Positions 42,986 through 52,241 of a stretch of 64,000 bases of DNA are shown here, one piece after another. Source of the DNA: Singulisphaera sp. GP187 (lineage in GTDB: Bacteria > Planctomycetota > GCA-002687715); assembly GCA_945907755.1 (NCBI GenBank), contig CAMDTN010000008.1, forward strand, positions 817 through 64,816, read 5' to 3'. Positions within the stretch are counted from its first letter, which is position 1, and the number at the start of each line of letters is the position of its first letter. A model generated the notes under the pieces. That model was not told the DNA's origin, made no database searches, and was given only the letters and a program-made list of their open reading frames with translations. A program made the translations under genes and the position numbers.

Positions 42986-43986
42986 TGCAACATCTGCCCG
43001 CAGTGCTCTTGTTCGTTGTGCTGCCATGCGTGCTGCTATGGCTCGCGCGCAATGCAGCGCGCCGCACACAGCGCCGCGCCGCGTTGCTGCGCCGCGCAGC
43101 ATGGCTGCCACTGACGGTGCTCTGCGTGCATGGCTTGTCATTCCTGCTCATTCATGCCGTGCCCGGCGGCCCCTTCGATGACGAGCGCCCGCTGCCAGCC
43201 GAAACGCGCGCGGGGCTTGAAGCACGCTTCGGACTGGACCGGCCCATGTTGGTGCAGTGGGCCGCCGGAGTTTCCGGCATGGCGCGCGGCGATTTCGGCC
43301 CGTCGTTGGCGCACCGCGACTACAGCGTGAGTGAAGTTGTGATCACCGCGTTGCCGCCTTCACTATTGTTGGGCGCGCTCGCCCTCGCGTGGACATTACT
43401 GCTGGGCATTCCCGCAGGTGTCTGGGCTGCGTGCCGCCGCGGAAAAGCGGCAGATCATGCGGTGAATGCTGCCATCGCGTTATTGCTTGCCTTGCCCACA
43501 TTTGTGCTGGCAGGACTGTTGATGATCCCGCTGGTGTTTCAGTGGCGCTTGCTGCCCGCAGCGGGCTTGCATGAACCCGCTGCTGTGCTGTTGCCCTCGC
43601 TGTGCTTGGGCCTGCCATTAGCTGCGCAAGTGGCGCGACTGGTGCGCAGCGGCATGTTGGAAGCGTTGCGCGGCGAATGGGTGCGCACGCTGCGCGCCGC
43701 AGGGCTACCAGAGCGGCGCGTCGCCGCGGGCGCGTTGCGCCTCGCCATGGTCAGCGTCGTTGCATTCTTGGGCCAAGCCGCTGCGGCGGTGCTCACCGGT
43801 TCGCTGGTCATCGAACAGCTCTTCGCCATTCCGGGGCTGGGCGCACATTTTGTGGAAAGCGCACTCAACCGCGATTTCACCTTGGCCCTTGGCGTGGTGA
43901 TTCTTTACACCGCTCTCGCCTATGTGCTGAATTGGACTGCAGACCTGCTGTTGCCAGTGGTGGACCCACGCGCGGAGGTTTCATGA
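42985..43986 (+). CDS. oppB: Oligopeptide ABC transporter permease OppB-like
   Basis: PGGPF, FGLDRP, GDFGPS, TGSLVIEQLFAIPGLG, VVDPR; ATG overlaps the oppA stop. Confidence 0.9.
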   Translation: MQHLPAVLLFVVLPCVLLWLARNAARRTQRRAALLRRAAWLPLTVLCVHGLSFLLIHAVPGGPFDDERPLPAETRAGLEARFGLDRPMLVQWAAGVSGMARGDFGPSLAHRDYSVSEVVITALPPSLLLGALALAWTLLLGIPAGVWAACRRGKAADHAVNAAIALLLALPTFVLAGLLMIPLVFQWRLLPAAGLHEPAAVLLPSLCLGLPLAAQVARLVRSGMLEALRGEWVRTLRAAGLPERRVAAGALRLAMVSVVAFLGQAAAAVLTGSLVIEQLFAIPGLGAHFVESALNRDFTLALGVVILYTALAYVLNWTADLLLPVVDPRAEVS

Positions 43987-44918
43987 AAGCGCGCTTGTGG
44001 TTGCTCGCTTGCATTGGCCTCGCGGCACTGTTGGTGCCACTGCTGCCTCTAGCAGACCCAGCAGCAGTAGATTTAGAACGCGCGTTGCAACCACCCTCCG
44101 CCGCGGCGTGGCTGGAGCATGGACGCACGCTGCCGCAATGGCATGGCCCACTCGCAGGCCCTTGCGCTGCACTGCGCCGCGCGTGCTTCGGCGACGCACA
44201 AATCGCACCACTGTTAGGCACCGACGCGCTGGGACGCTGCGTGCTGGCACGCATCGCCAATGGCGCGCGCATTTCGTTACTCATCGCGCTGGTGGCGTCG
44301 TTGGCTTCATTGAGCGTGGGCACACTCTGGGGCGCGAGTGCGGGTCTGGCTGGAGGGCGCGGCGACCAGTTGCTGATGCGCGGTGCCGACATTTTGGGAG
44401 CACTGCCTCTGACTTTCTTGGTGATCTTCGTGGTGGCGCTGCTGCGTTCGTGGCGTGCAGAAAACCCGGAATCCAGTTTGGACCAGACCGCCGTGTTGCT
44501 GTTGGTGACCGCTGTGGTGTCGTGGATTCCTGCGGCCCGCATGGTGCGCGCCGAAGTCCTCAGCCTGCGCAGCGCAGTGTTCGTAGATGCTGCACGCTTG
44601 GCAGGCGCAACACCCGCGCGCATTCTGAGGCAGCACATCCTGCCGAACACCGCGCCCGTGGCCATTGCCGCGTGGACGCTGACGGTGCCGCGCATTCTGG
44701 TGCTGGAATCGTTCCTTTCATTCCTTGGCTTGGGCGTGGAAGCGCCTGGAGTTTCGTGGGGCTTGCAACTGCGCCAAGGCTGCGACGCGCTGACCGCCGT
44801 GCACGCGAGTTGGTGGCTGATCGTTTTTCCCGGCCTCGCGTTGGCGCTGACGCTGCTGTTGCTGGGCTCTGTGGGCGAAGCGCTGCGAGTGAGATTACAG
44901 CCCGGGGGCGCAGCGTGA
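43983..44918 (+). CDS. oppC: Oligopeptide ABC transporter permease OppC-like
   Basis: LGTDALGR, GARISL, FVDAARLAGA, HILPN, ESFLSFLGLG. Confidence 0.9.
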   Translation: MKARLWLLACIGLAALLVPLLPLADPAAVDLERALQPPSAAAWLEHGRTLPQWHGPLAGPCAALRRACFGDAQIAPLLGTDALGRCVLARIANGARISLLIALVASLASLSVGTLWGASAGLAGGRGDQLLMRGADILGALPLTFLVIFVVALLRSWRAENPESSLDQTAVLLLVTAVVSWIPAARMVRAEVLSLRSAVFVDAARLAGATPARILRQHILPNTAPVAIAAWTLTVPRILVLESFLSFLGLGVEAPGVSWGLQLRQGCDALTAVHASWWLIVFPGLALALTLLLLGSVGEALRVRLQPGGAA

Positions 44919-46540
44919 GCCCTCTGCTGGAAATGAATGGCCTTTGCCTCGCCAGCGGCGCGCTGCCGCTGGTGCACGGAGTGAGTTTGAGTGTTGCGCA
45001 AGGCGAATGTCTTGCGCTGGTGGGTGAATCTGGCAGCGGCAAGTCGCTCACTGCGCTGAGCATTCTGCGCTTGCTGCCCGAGCCCGAAGTGCGCATCACC
45101 GCCGGCACGATTCATCTGGCCGGTGTGGATGTGGCCGCAGGCACAGCAGACGCAGCGTGCAACCTGCGCGGCCGCGTGGCAGGCATGGTTTTCCAAGACC
45201 CGCAAAGCGCCCTGCACCCTTGTGTGCCGGTGGGCCAAGCCGTCGCCGCCATCGTGCGCCATCACTTGCAGTGCAGCAACGCCGCAGCGCGGCAACGTGC
45301 GCTCGAATTGCTCAAAGAAGTGAGCATCGACGACCCCGCGCGTCGCGCGCAACAGTGGCCGCACCAACTTTCGGGTGGTTTGCGCCAACGCGTGGCACTG
45401 GCCATGGCGTTGGCCGGGAATTCGCAATTGTTGATCGCCGACGAGCCCACCACAGCGCTGGATGTCACTGTGCAAGCGCAGCTCTTGGGTTTGATTGCGC
45501 ACTTGCAGCGAGAGCGCGGCTTGGCTGTGCTCCTCATCTCGCATGACTTTGGAGTAGTGGCAGCAGCGGCGGACCGCGTGGCTGTGATGCAAGCTGGGCG
45601 CATCGTGGAAACGGGCTCGGTGGCCACAGTGCTGGCAGCACCGCAGCATGTTTACACGCAGACGCTGCTGGCAGCGGTGCCGCGCCTCGACGCTGCGCCG
45701 CGCAGCACCGAGCGCGCACAACTCGCGAGCGCGCGCAGCACAGTGTTGGTGCGCACGGAAAACTTGTCGGTGGCCTTCAACGGCGCAGCGCCAGTGCTGC
45801 AAGGAGTGGACCTCGAAATCCGTACTGGCGAAGCGCTGCTCATCGTGGGCGAATCGGGGTCTGGGAAATCCACCTTGCTGCGCGCGCTGCTCGCATTGGA
45901 ACGCCCTGCGACGGGCCGCGTGCTGTGGCAGCGCGGCGAGGCCGGCACGCAAGACCCGTGGGCACTGCCTCCCGCTGCGCTGCGCCGCGAACGCGCGCAA
46001 ATGGGCATGGTGTTCCAAGATTCCCTTGCCGCCTTCGACCCGCGCTTGCCCTTGCGCGCATCGGTGGAACTGCCGCTGCGTGCCAGCGGTCAAGTTGTAG
46101 ACCGCGCGCGCGTTGATGCCCTCGCGCGGGAAGTCGGCTTAGAGCCCGCGCTGCTGGAGCGCTTCCCGCGCCAACTCAGCGGCGGGCAACGCCAGCGTGT
46201 CGCCATTGCGCGCGCGCTGATCACCGAGCCTTCGCTTTTATTGCTCGACGAAGCCGTTGCGGCGTTGGATGTGTCGTTGCGCGCTCAGGTGTTGACACTG
46301 CTGCTGGAACTGCGCGCGCGGCGCTCACTCACTCTTGTCTTCGTCACGCACGACCTTGCAGTGGCGCGGATGCTGGCCGACCGCATCCTTGTCATGCAGC
46401 GCGGCCGCGTGGTGGAGGCGGCGCCTGCTGATGTATTTTTCTCCGGCCCGCAGCAACCCTACTCCGCCGAACTCTTGCGCGCGGTATTGCCGCCAGACCC
46501 CGTGCGCGCGCGCGCGGTTATCGCCGCCGCTGCTCTGTGA
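44915..46540 (+). CDS. ABC transporter ATP-binding protein, OppD/OppF fusion
   Basis: Two GESGSGKS, LSGGLRQR and LSGGQRQR, ADEPTTALD; GTG 44915 overlaps the oppC stop. Confidence 0.92.
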   Translation: MSPLLEMNGLCLASGALPLVHGVSLSVAQGECLALVGESGSGKSLTALSILRLLPEPEVRITAGTIHLAGVDVAAGTADAACNLRGRVAGMVFQDPQSALHPCVPVGQAVAAIVRHHLQCSNAAARQRALELLKEVSIDDPARRAQQWPHQLSGGLRQRVALAMALAGNSQLLIADEPTTALDVTVQAQLLGLIAHLQRERGLAVLLISHDFGVVAAAADRVAVMQAGRIVETGSVATVLAAPQHVYTQTLLAAVPRLDAAPRSTERAQLASARSTVLVRTENLSVAFNGAAPVLQGVDLEIRTGEALLIVGESGSGKSTLLRALLALERPATGRVLWQRGEAGTQDPWALPPAALRRERAQMGMVFQDSLAAFDPRLPLRASVELPLRASGQVVDRARVDALAREVGLEPALLERFPRQLSGGQRQRVAIARALITEPSLLLLDEAVAALDVSLRAQVLTLLLELRARRSLTLVFVTHDLAVARMLADRILVMQRGRVVEAAPADVFFSGPQQPYSAELLRAVLPPDPVRARAVIAAAAL

Positions 46541-46545
46541 TCTGC

Positions 46546-47562
46546 TCAGCGGGACTTGGCGAGGTCCGCCGCTAACTCGGCGTAAAAGCCCGCGATGCCA
46601 GTAATTCCTGGACACAATTGGCGCAGTCGCTTCAATTCAGTGCGCAGCGCGGCGCGCTCACTGCCTTGGGACATTATTTCCAGCGTGGCTTGCGCGATGA
46701 TGGCGCGGCGCGGCGCCAACGCTGCGGCCTTACGCAGCGACACCAACGCCGCAGCATCCACGCTGTGCGCGCGCACTGCGGCCAGCGCACTGAACAGGCC
46801 CACATTCAACAAGCGCTCGGCTTCCATCGCTGCATCCGCCAACACGGGCAGCGCGCGCACTCGTGCTTCGGCCTCTGCAGGCCGCCCCATCCGCAGCAAC
46901 ACTTGTGCGGCCAGTGCCATGAGAGCCGCGTCGGCGGCGTGCGCGTCGGCCACCCGCAACGCATCGCGCCATTTGCCCAGCGCCAGCCAATGCTGCGCCG
47001 CTTGCAAAGGGCGCTGCTGTTCCTCCGCCGCCGTGCCGCGACCGATGCGCCCCAACAAGTAGCCCGCGGTGGTGACGTCCCCGCTGCGCACCCACAAATA
47101 CGCTTGCCCAACGGGCCCTGCTGGGTCGATGCCGTCGTGGCCCAAGAAACCAGTGAGCCCGAGCGAGGCCAACTCCCTGAGCGCCGCATCCGCCGCGAAA
47201 GGCCCCTCGAAGGTGCCCACGCGCACGAGTCCCTTGGGCAGCAAAGGCAATGCCGCCTTCGCGCAAGACGCAAGCTCTGTTAAAGGGCGGCAACGCAGTA
47301 GCGCTTCATAATCCATGCGCGTGCAGCGCACCAGATCGCGCCCGCAGGGACGACAGCGCCGCACATCCTCGCGGTATTCGCGCAGGCAGCTGCTGCAATG
47401 CAGCAGGCGCTCTTCGCGCTCGAACAGCGCCATTTCCTGATCGACGATGGGTGCAGGGCGCGCGCCAGGTTGCAGCGCCGCCACGCGCACCATGGTGCCG
47501 CACAGCGGACAGCGCACCGCATCGCGGTGCAGATCGGCTTGGCATTTGGGACAGCGTTGCAT
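46546..47562 (-). CDS. Double zinc-ribbon protein with DUF2007-like domain and helical C-terminus
   Basis: CPKC..CPLC and CSSC..CRPC; LVRVGTF..PFAA..A...L...G pattern; TPR-like tail. Confidence 0.7.
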   Translation of the reverse strand: MQRCPKCQADLHRDAVRCPLCGTMVRVAALQPGARPAPIVDQEMALFEREERLLHCSSCLREYREDVRRCRPCGRDLVRCTRMDYEALLRCRPLTELASCAKAALPLLPKGLVRVGTFEGPFAADAALRELASLGLTGFLGHDGIDPAGPVGQAYLWVRSGDVTTAGYLLGRIGRGTAAEEQQRPLQAAQHWLALGKWRDALRVADAHAADAALMALAAQVLLRMGRPAEAEARVRALPVLADAAMEAERLLNVGLFSALAAVRAHSVDAAALVSLRKAAALAPRRAIIAQATLEIMSQGSERAALRTELKRLRQLCPGITGIAGFYAELAADLAKSR

Positions 47563-47569
47563 CGCGCCC

Positions 47570-47577
47570 ATTATGCT
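47570..47577. promoter_or_regulatory. Overlapping divergent -10 elements (bidirectional, near-leaderless promoter)
   Basis: ATTATGCT: plus TATGCT 8 nt before ATG 47586; minus CATAAT 7 nt before ATG 47562; no SD in the 23-nt gap. Confidence 0.5.
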
Positions 47578-47585
47578 GGCGAACC

Positions 47586-49748
47586 ATGCCCGCAACGATA
47601 CCCCGCTGGAATTTGCGCCGCTGGTGGTGGGCGGCGTTGGTTGGGGCCATGGCCCTGGGCTGCGCTTGGCCCTGCATAGATGGCGATTTCATCCGCGACG
47701 ACCATTTGTACATCGTGGCCAACCCGCATGTTGTTGCCGCCGCGCCGCTCACCGAAATTTTCGCCGCGCCATTTGCTCCGGACCAAGATCTCGGTCTGTG
47801 GCGCCCACTGACCACGCTGTCATTTCGCATGGACATGCTGTTAGCCCACGCATTCGGACGCGAACTGCCAGACCCACGCACAGCGCACCTGACCAACTTG
47901 CTGTTAGCTGCCCTATCAAGTGCGCTCTTGGTGCGCCTAGCGCTGCAACTGGGAATTGCTCCAACAGCGGCCCTGCTCGCAGGGCTTTTTTTCGCGGTGG
48001 CTGCTGCACGCACAGAAGCCGTGTGCTGGATGAGCGGCCGCGCCGAAAACTTGATGACAGCGGCAACTCTCGCTGCGCTGCTCGCTGCCGGCTTGCGCGG
48101 ATGGAAGCGAACCTTCGGTGTTGCTGCTGCCTGCGCCTGCGCAGTGCTGTCGAAAGAGCAAGGCTTGCTGGTGCCTGTGCTCGTCGCATTGCTTCCGAGC
48201 GCGAACGGCGTCGCACCACTAACTGGCGTAGCACAATGGCGCTTTCGTTGGCAACGCACTTGGCCTGCACTCGCGGTGGCCGCGGCTTTGTTGCTGCTGC
48301 GCTGGAATGTCTTGGGCAACTTCGGGCCTACAGGTCTGCAACAAGTGCTGCGGGGCAGCAGCTTCGGCGAGCGCCTGCATTACGGGCTGGAAAACCTTGG
48401 GAATTACGCGCGCCTCTGCTTGCTGCCGTGGCCTTTGAGCAACGACTACGACGCGCCCGATGGCAGCGTCCATTGGAGCGCACTGCTGTGGTGCGCAGCA
48501 GCGTTCGCAGCGCTGCTGCTGGCCGCACTGCGCTCGCAACGCGGTTGCTTTGCGGCAGCACTGTGGCTCGTTCCACTGATTCCCGTGCTGAACATCTTCG
48601 TGCGCACCGGCGAAGTTTTCGCCGAACGATTCCTCGCCCTGCCTGTAGCAGGCGCTGCCTTGCTGTTAGCGCACGCGGCCAGCGGAGCGCGCATGCTGCG
48701 CTCACTACGACCCCATTGGTACCTGTTGCCTCTAACGCTGCTGGTGGCGCTGAACTTGCCTTTGACGCAACAGCGCGCGCGAGCGTGGCAAAGCGAGGCC
48801 GCACTGGTGCAGTCGATGCAAGCGGCGGATGTCCCCGACGCGGGTGCGTTGCGCCTCGCGGCCTATTTGCAGCGCGGTGCCTTGGTGTCGCAGGCGGCCC
48901 TTGGCGCTGCAGACCCAGCGGCAGCAGAACAACTCGCGTCTAGCTATCGCGCTGTGCTGGCCCGCGCACCCCATGATGTGGAAACGGCGCTGGATTTGGC
49001 CAAGCACATGAAGGCCATGGCAATGGCGCCCGAAAGTCCAACGCCGAGAAAAACGCAACTGCGCGCCGCTGCAGAAAGCACTGTGCTCGGTGTGATTGCG
49101 CGGGATGCGAGCAACGCCCACGCCTTCGCGGTCCTTGGCGAGATTTTGAGTGCGCAAGGACGCCCCGAAGAGAGCATCGTGGCATTTCGACGAGCCCGCG
49201 AGTTGGACGGACGCGACGCCAATGCTGCGCTGTGGTTGGCGCGATTGCTGCGAGCCTTGGGGCGAGAGAGCGAAGCGCGCATGGAACTGGCCGTCGCGAG
49301 AGCGGTGATCGAAGGCTTACAGCGCGAGCGTTGGTGGGACACGCAACCGTGCTTCGCGTTAGCGCGCCTGTGCGTAGCGCAAGAGGACAGCGTCGGCACC
49401 TGCGCGGCATTTACCGTGGCGCATGAACGCGCGCGTTCGGCCCCGGTGGTAGCCCAGGCGGCTATGGAACACGCCGAAGTCTTACGCGCCTTGAAACGCA
49501 ACGACGAAGCCAACCGCGTGTTGCTGACGGCCAGCGCAAAGTTGGAAGACGACGAGCACGAGAATGCACCAACACCGCGCTCCGACCGCTACGCCGCGCT
49601 CACGCAGTTGGCCATGGCACTGGGCCAACGCGATGCCGCTCTGCACTGGCTGGAGAAAAATTCAACCGTCGCACGCGACGCGCAGGCACTGCGCGGGCTG
49701 GCGTTGTTGCGGGAACGCTTGCAGCAAGCGACGCCTGCAGCGCGTTGA
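47586..49748 (+). CDS. Second TMTC-like GT-C glycosyltransferase with TPR repeats
   Basis: FIRDD..IVANP, WRPLTTLSF, TEAVCWMSGRAE, LSKEQG, FAERFLALP, then TPRs. Confidence 0.82.
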   Translation: MPATIPRWNLRRWWWAALVGAMALGCAWPCIDGDFIRDDHLYIVANPHVVAAAPLTEIFAAPFAPDQDLGLWRPLTTLSFRMDMLLAHAFGRELPDPRTAHLTNLLLAALSSALLVRLALQLGIAPTAALLAGLFFAVAAARTEAVCWMSGRAENLMTAATLAALLAAGLRGWKRTFGVAAACACAVLSKEQGLLVPVLVALLPSANGVAPLTGVAQWRFRWQRTWPALAVAAALLLLRWNVLGNFGPTGLQQVLRGSSFGERLHYGLENLGNYARLCLLPWPLSNDYDAPDGSVHWSALLWCAAAFAALLLAALRSQRGCFAAALWLVPLIPVLNIFVRTGEVFAERFLALPVAGAALLLAHAASGARMLRSLRPHWYLLPLTLLVALNLPLTQQRARAWQSEAALVQSMQAADVPDAGALRLAAYLQRGALVSQAALGAADPAAAEQLASSYRAVLARAPHDVETALDLAKHMKAMAMAPESPTPRKTQLRAAAESTVLGVIARDASNAHAFAVLGEILSAQGRPEESIVAFRRARELDGRDANAALWLARLLRALGRESEARMELAVARAVIEGLQRERWWDTQPCFALARLCVAQEDSVGTCAAFTVAHERARSAPVVAQAAMEHAEVLRALKRNDEANRVLLTASAKLEDDEHENAPTPRSDRYAALTQLAMALGQRDAALHWLEKNSTVARDAQALRGLALLRERLQQATPAAR

Positions 49749-49758
49749 CGACGCTGCA

Positions 49759-50151
49759 TCAGCCGCGCTGGCGCGCGAGCGCATCAATCTCCACACGAGC
49801 GCCGCGCGGCAAAGCCGCTACTTGCACCGTGGAGCGTGCTGGCCGATGCTCGCCGAAATACTCGCCATAGATGCGATTGACAGCGGCAAAATCGGCCAAG
49901 TCTGCGAGGAACACTGTGCAGCGCAGCACCAACGCGCGCTGCGAACCTGCGGCTTCCAATACGGCATCGAGATTGGCGAAGACGCGCTGGGTTTCGGCCT
50001 CGACACCACCGCTGACGAGCTGCCCGCTCTGCGGATCCAGCGCGATTTGCCCGCTGGTGTAAACAACACCGTCGCACACCACCGCTTGCGAATAAGGCCC
50101 GATGGCGGCGGGCGCCCCGGGCGTGCTAACGGCTTCAAGTCGCGTGCTCAT
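49759..50151 (-). CDS. ridA: RidA/YjgF family reactive imine deaminase
   Basis: APAAIGPYSQA, SGQIALDP, PARSTVQVAALP, VEIDA. Confidence 0.93.
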   Translation of the reverse strand: MSTRLEAVSTPGAPAAIGPYSQAVVCDGVVYTSGQIALDPQSGQLVSGGVEAETQRVFANLDAVLEAAGSQRALVLRCTVFLADLADFAAVNRIYGEYFGEHRPARSTVQVAALPRGARVEIDALARQRG

Positions 50152-50642
50152 TTGGAACTCCGTGGCAAGCGCGCCTGCAGAGCTGCGGCCACACCGGCGG
50201 GGATATAGCGGGAAAGATCGCCGCCGGCGTGGGCGATCTCGCGAATCAAGCGGCTGGACACATGGGCGTAACTGGCGGCGGGCAGCAACAACACCGTTTC
50301 GACATCCGGGGCCAATTCGCGGTTGGTGAAAGCCATGTCGGCTTCGTCTTCGAGGTCTGAGCCCGAACGCACGCCGCGCACCAACACGCGGCACTTGAGC
50401 GTGCGGCAGAAGCTGGTGGCCAAACCATCAAAGACGGCAACATCGGCTTGGTTGCCAAGAGGTGCCAGCGCTTCGCGCAGCAACAACTCGCGAGTTTCGA
50501 CGCTGAGCATCGGGTGCTTGGCGGCGTTGCGGCCGATGGCCACGGTGACATGTCCGAAGAGAAGCGCCGCGCGACGGGCGATGTCTAAGTGCCCAAGGGT
50601 GGGCGGGTCGAAGGTGCCGCAGAAGCAGGCGCCAGTAGTCAT
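50148..50642 (-). CDS. coaD: Phosphopantetheine adenylyltransferase
   Basis: GTFDPPTLGHLDI, LVRGVRSGSD, N..L...VET, VSSRLIREI. Confidence 0.95.
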   Translation of the reverse strand: MTTGACFCGTFDPPTLGHLDIARRAALLFGHVTVAIGRNAAKHPMLSVETRELLLREALAPLGNQADVAVFDGLATSFCRTLKCRVLVRGVRSGSDLEDEADMAFTNRELAPDVETVLLLPAASYAHVSSRLIREIAHAGGDLSRYIPAGVAAALQARLPRSSK

Positions 50643-50716
50643 GTCAGCTCCCGTGTCCTCTCGAAGCCAATGGCTAAGATGATGCGGGACGGCCAACGAA
50701 GGGGGTCCCAGATCGC

Positions 50717-52240
50717 TTGCGATATTACATCACCACCGCCATCGACTATGTGAACTCGCGTCCACACTTGGGCACAGCCTACGAAAAGATCACGGCTGAT
50801 GTCTTAGCGCGCTACCAGCGCGGATTGGGCAACGAAGTGCGCTTCTTGATGGGCAACGACGAGCACAGCCAAAAAGTGGCCGCCGCCGGGCGCAAAGAAG
50901 GGCTGACGCCGTTGGAATGGTGCGAGCGCATGGAAGGTGTGTTCCGCGAAGCGTGGAGCGCACTGGAAATCGAACCGGATGTGTTCATCCGCACCAGCGA
51001 AGCACGCCACCGCACGGCGGTGCAAGCCCTAGCGCAGCGCATCAAAGATGCTGGCGACTTCTACGAGGGCGAATACGAAGGTTGGTACTGCGTGGGTTGC
51101 GAGGCGTTCAAGCGCGAAGAAGACTTGAAGGATGGGCTGTGCCCCGACCACGCCGCGCGCAAACCAGAGTGGTTGAAAGAGAAGAACTGGTTCTTCAAAT
51201 TGTCGCGCTGGAGCGACGCGTTGAAAGCGCACTACGCAGCGCACCCAGATTTCGTGCAGCCAGATTCGCGGCGCAACGAATTGCTCGCGCTGCTCGAACG
51301 CGGCTTGGATGACATTTCCGTCAGCCGCGCCGGCACCGACTGGGGCATCCCCTTCCCGTTCGATTCGCGCGTTGTTGTCTATGTCTGGTTCGATGCGCTC
51401 ATCAACTACATCACCGCCACAGGCTGGCCGGTGGACGAAGCCGAAAGCGCCAAGTGGTGGCCGGCAGATTTGCATCTCGTGGGCAAAGACATCACACGCT
51501 TCCACGGAGTGGTGTGGCCTGCCATGTTGCTGAGCGCAGGGCTGCCACTGCCGCGCAAGATTTTTGGCCACGGCTTCGTGAACTCGGGCGGCGGGCGCAT
51601 GAGCAAGGACGCAGGCCGCGTCACGGATCCGCTGGAACTCAGCCGCACCTACGGCGTGGCTGCGCTGCGCTACTACCTCTGCGCCGAAGCTGTTTTCGGC
51701 ACCGATCTGGATTTCTCCGAAGAGCGCCTCCTCGCCCGCGCTAATTCCGATTTGGCTAACGGCCTCGGCAACCTCGCCGCCCGCACTGCAGGCATGTTGG
51801 TGCGTTGGCGCGAAGGCGTGGTCGCGGCTGCCCCTGCAAGTTCTGCGCTGCTCGCCAGAGCCGACGCCGCCGTGGACACTTACCGCACTTGCATGGACGC
51901 GCTCGACCTGCGCGGCGCGCTGGCCGCAGCAACGCTCATCGTCACTGAAGCCAACGCCCATGTGGATCGCACGCAGCCTTTCGCTATGGCGAAAGACCCA
52001 GCGCGGGCCGCAGAGTTAGACGCCGTGCTGGCAGAGCTTTCCAATTCGTTGCTGCTCGCATGCCGTTTGCACCACCCTTTCATGCCCGCCAAGATGGAGC
52101 AGCTCCACTTGGAGTTAACGGGCTTGCCACTCGACCGCAGCAGCAGCATCCGCACAGCGCGTGGTGCCCGCATCGCCGCAGGCACACGCATCGCCAAAGG
52201 CGCTCCGCTGTTCCCGCGCATCGAGGTTGCCAAGGGCTGA
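50717..52240 (+). CDS. metG: Methionine--tRNA ligase (short form, single zinc knuckle)
   Basis: YITTAIDYVN..PHLGT, YEGWYCVGCE..CPDH, YVWFDALINY, GKDITRFH, RMSK, DLANGLGNL, PLFPRI. Confidence 0.95.
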   Translation: MRYYITTAIDYVNSRPHLGTAYEKITADVLARYQRGLGNEVRFLMGNDEHSQKVAAAGRKEGLTPLEWCERMEGVFREAWSALEIEPDVFIRTSEARHRTAVQALAQRIKDAGDFYEGEYEGWYCVGCEAFKREEDLKDGLCPDHAARKPEWLKEKNWFFKLSRWSDALKAHYAAHPDFVQPDSRRNELLALLERGLDDISVSRAGTDWGIPFPFDSRVVVYVWFDALINYITATGWPVDEAESAKWWPADLHLVGKDITRFHGVVWPAMLLSAGLPLPRKIFGHGFVNSGGGRMSKDAGRVTDPLELSRTYGVAALRYYLCAEAVFGTDLDFSEERLLARANSDLANGLGNLAARTAGMLVRWREGVVAAAPASSALLARADAAVDTYRTCMDALDLRGALAAATLIVTEANAHVDRTQPFAMAKDPARAAELDAVLAELSNSLLLACRLHHPFMPAKMEQLHLELTGLPLDRSSSIRTARGARIAAGTRIAKGAPLFPRIEVAKG

Positions 52241-52241
52241 C

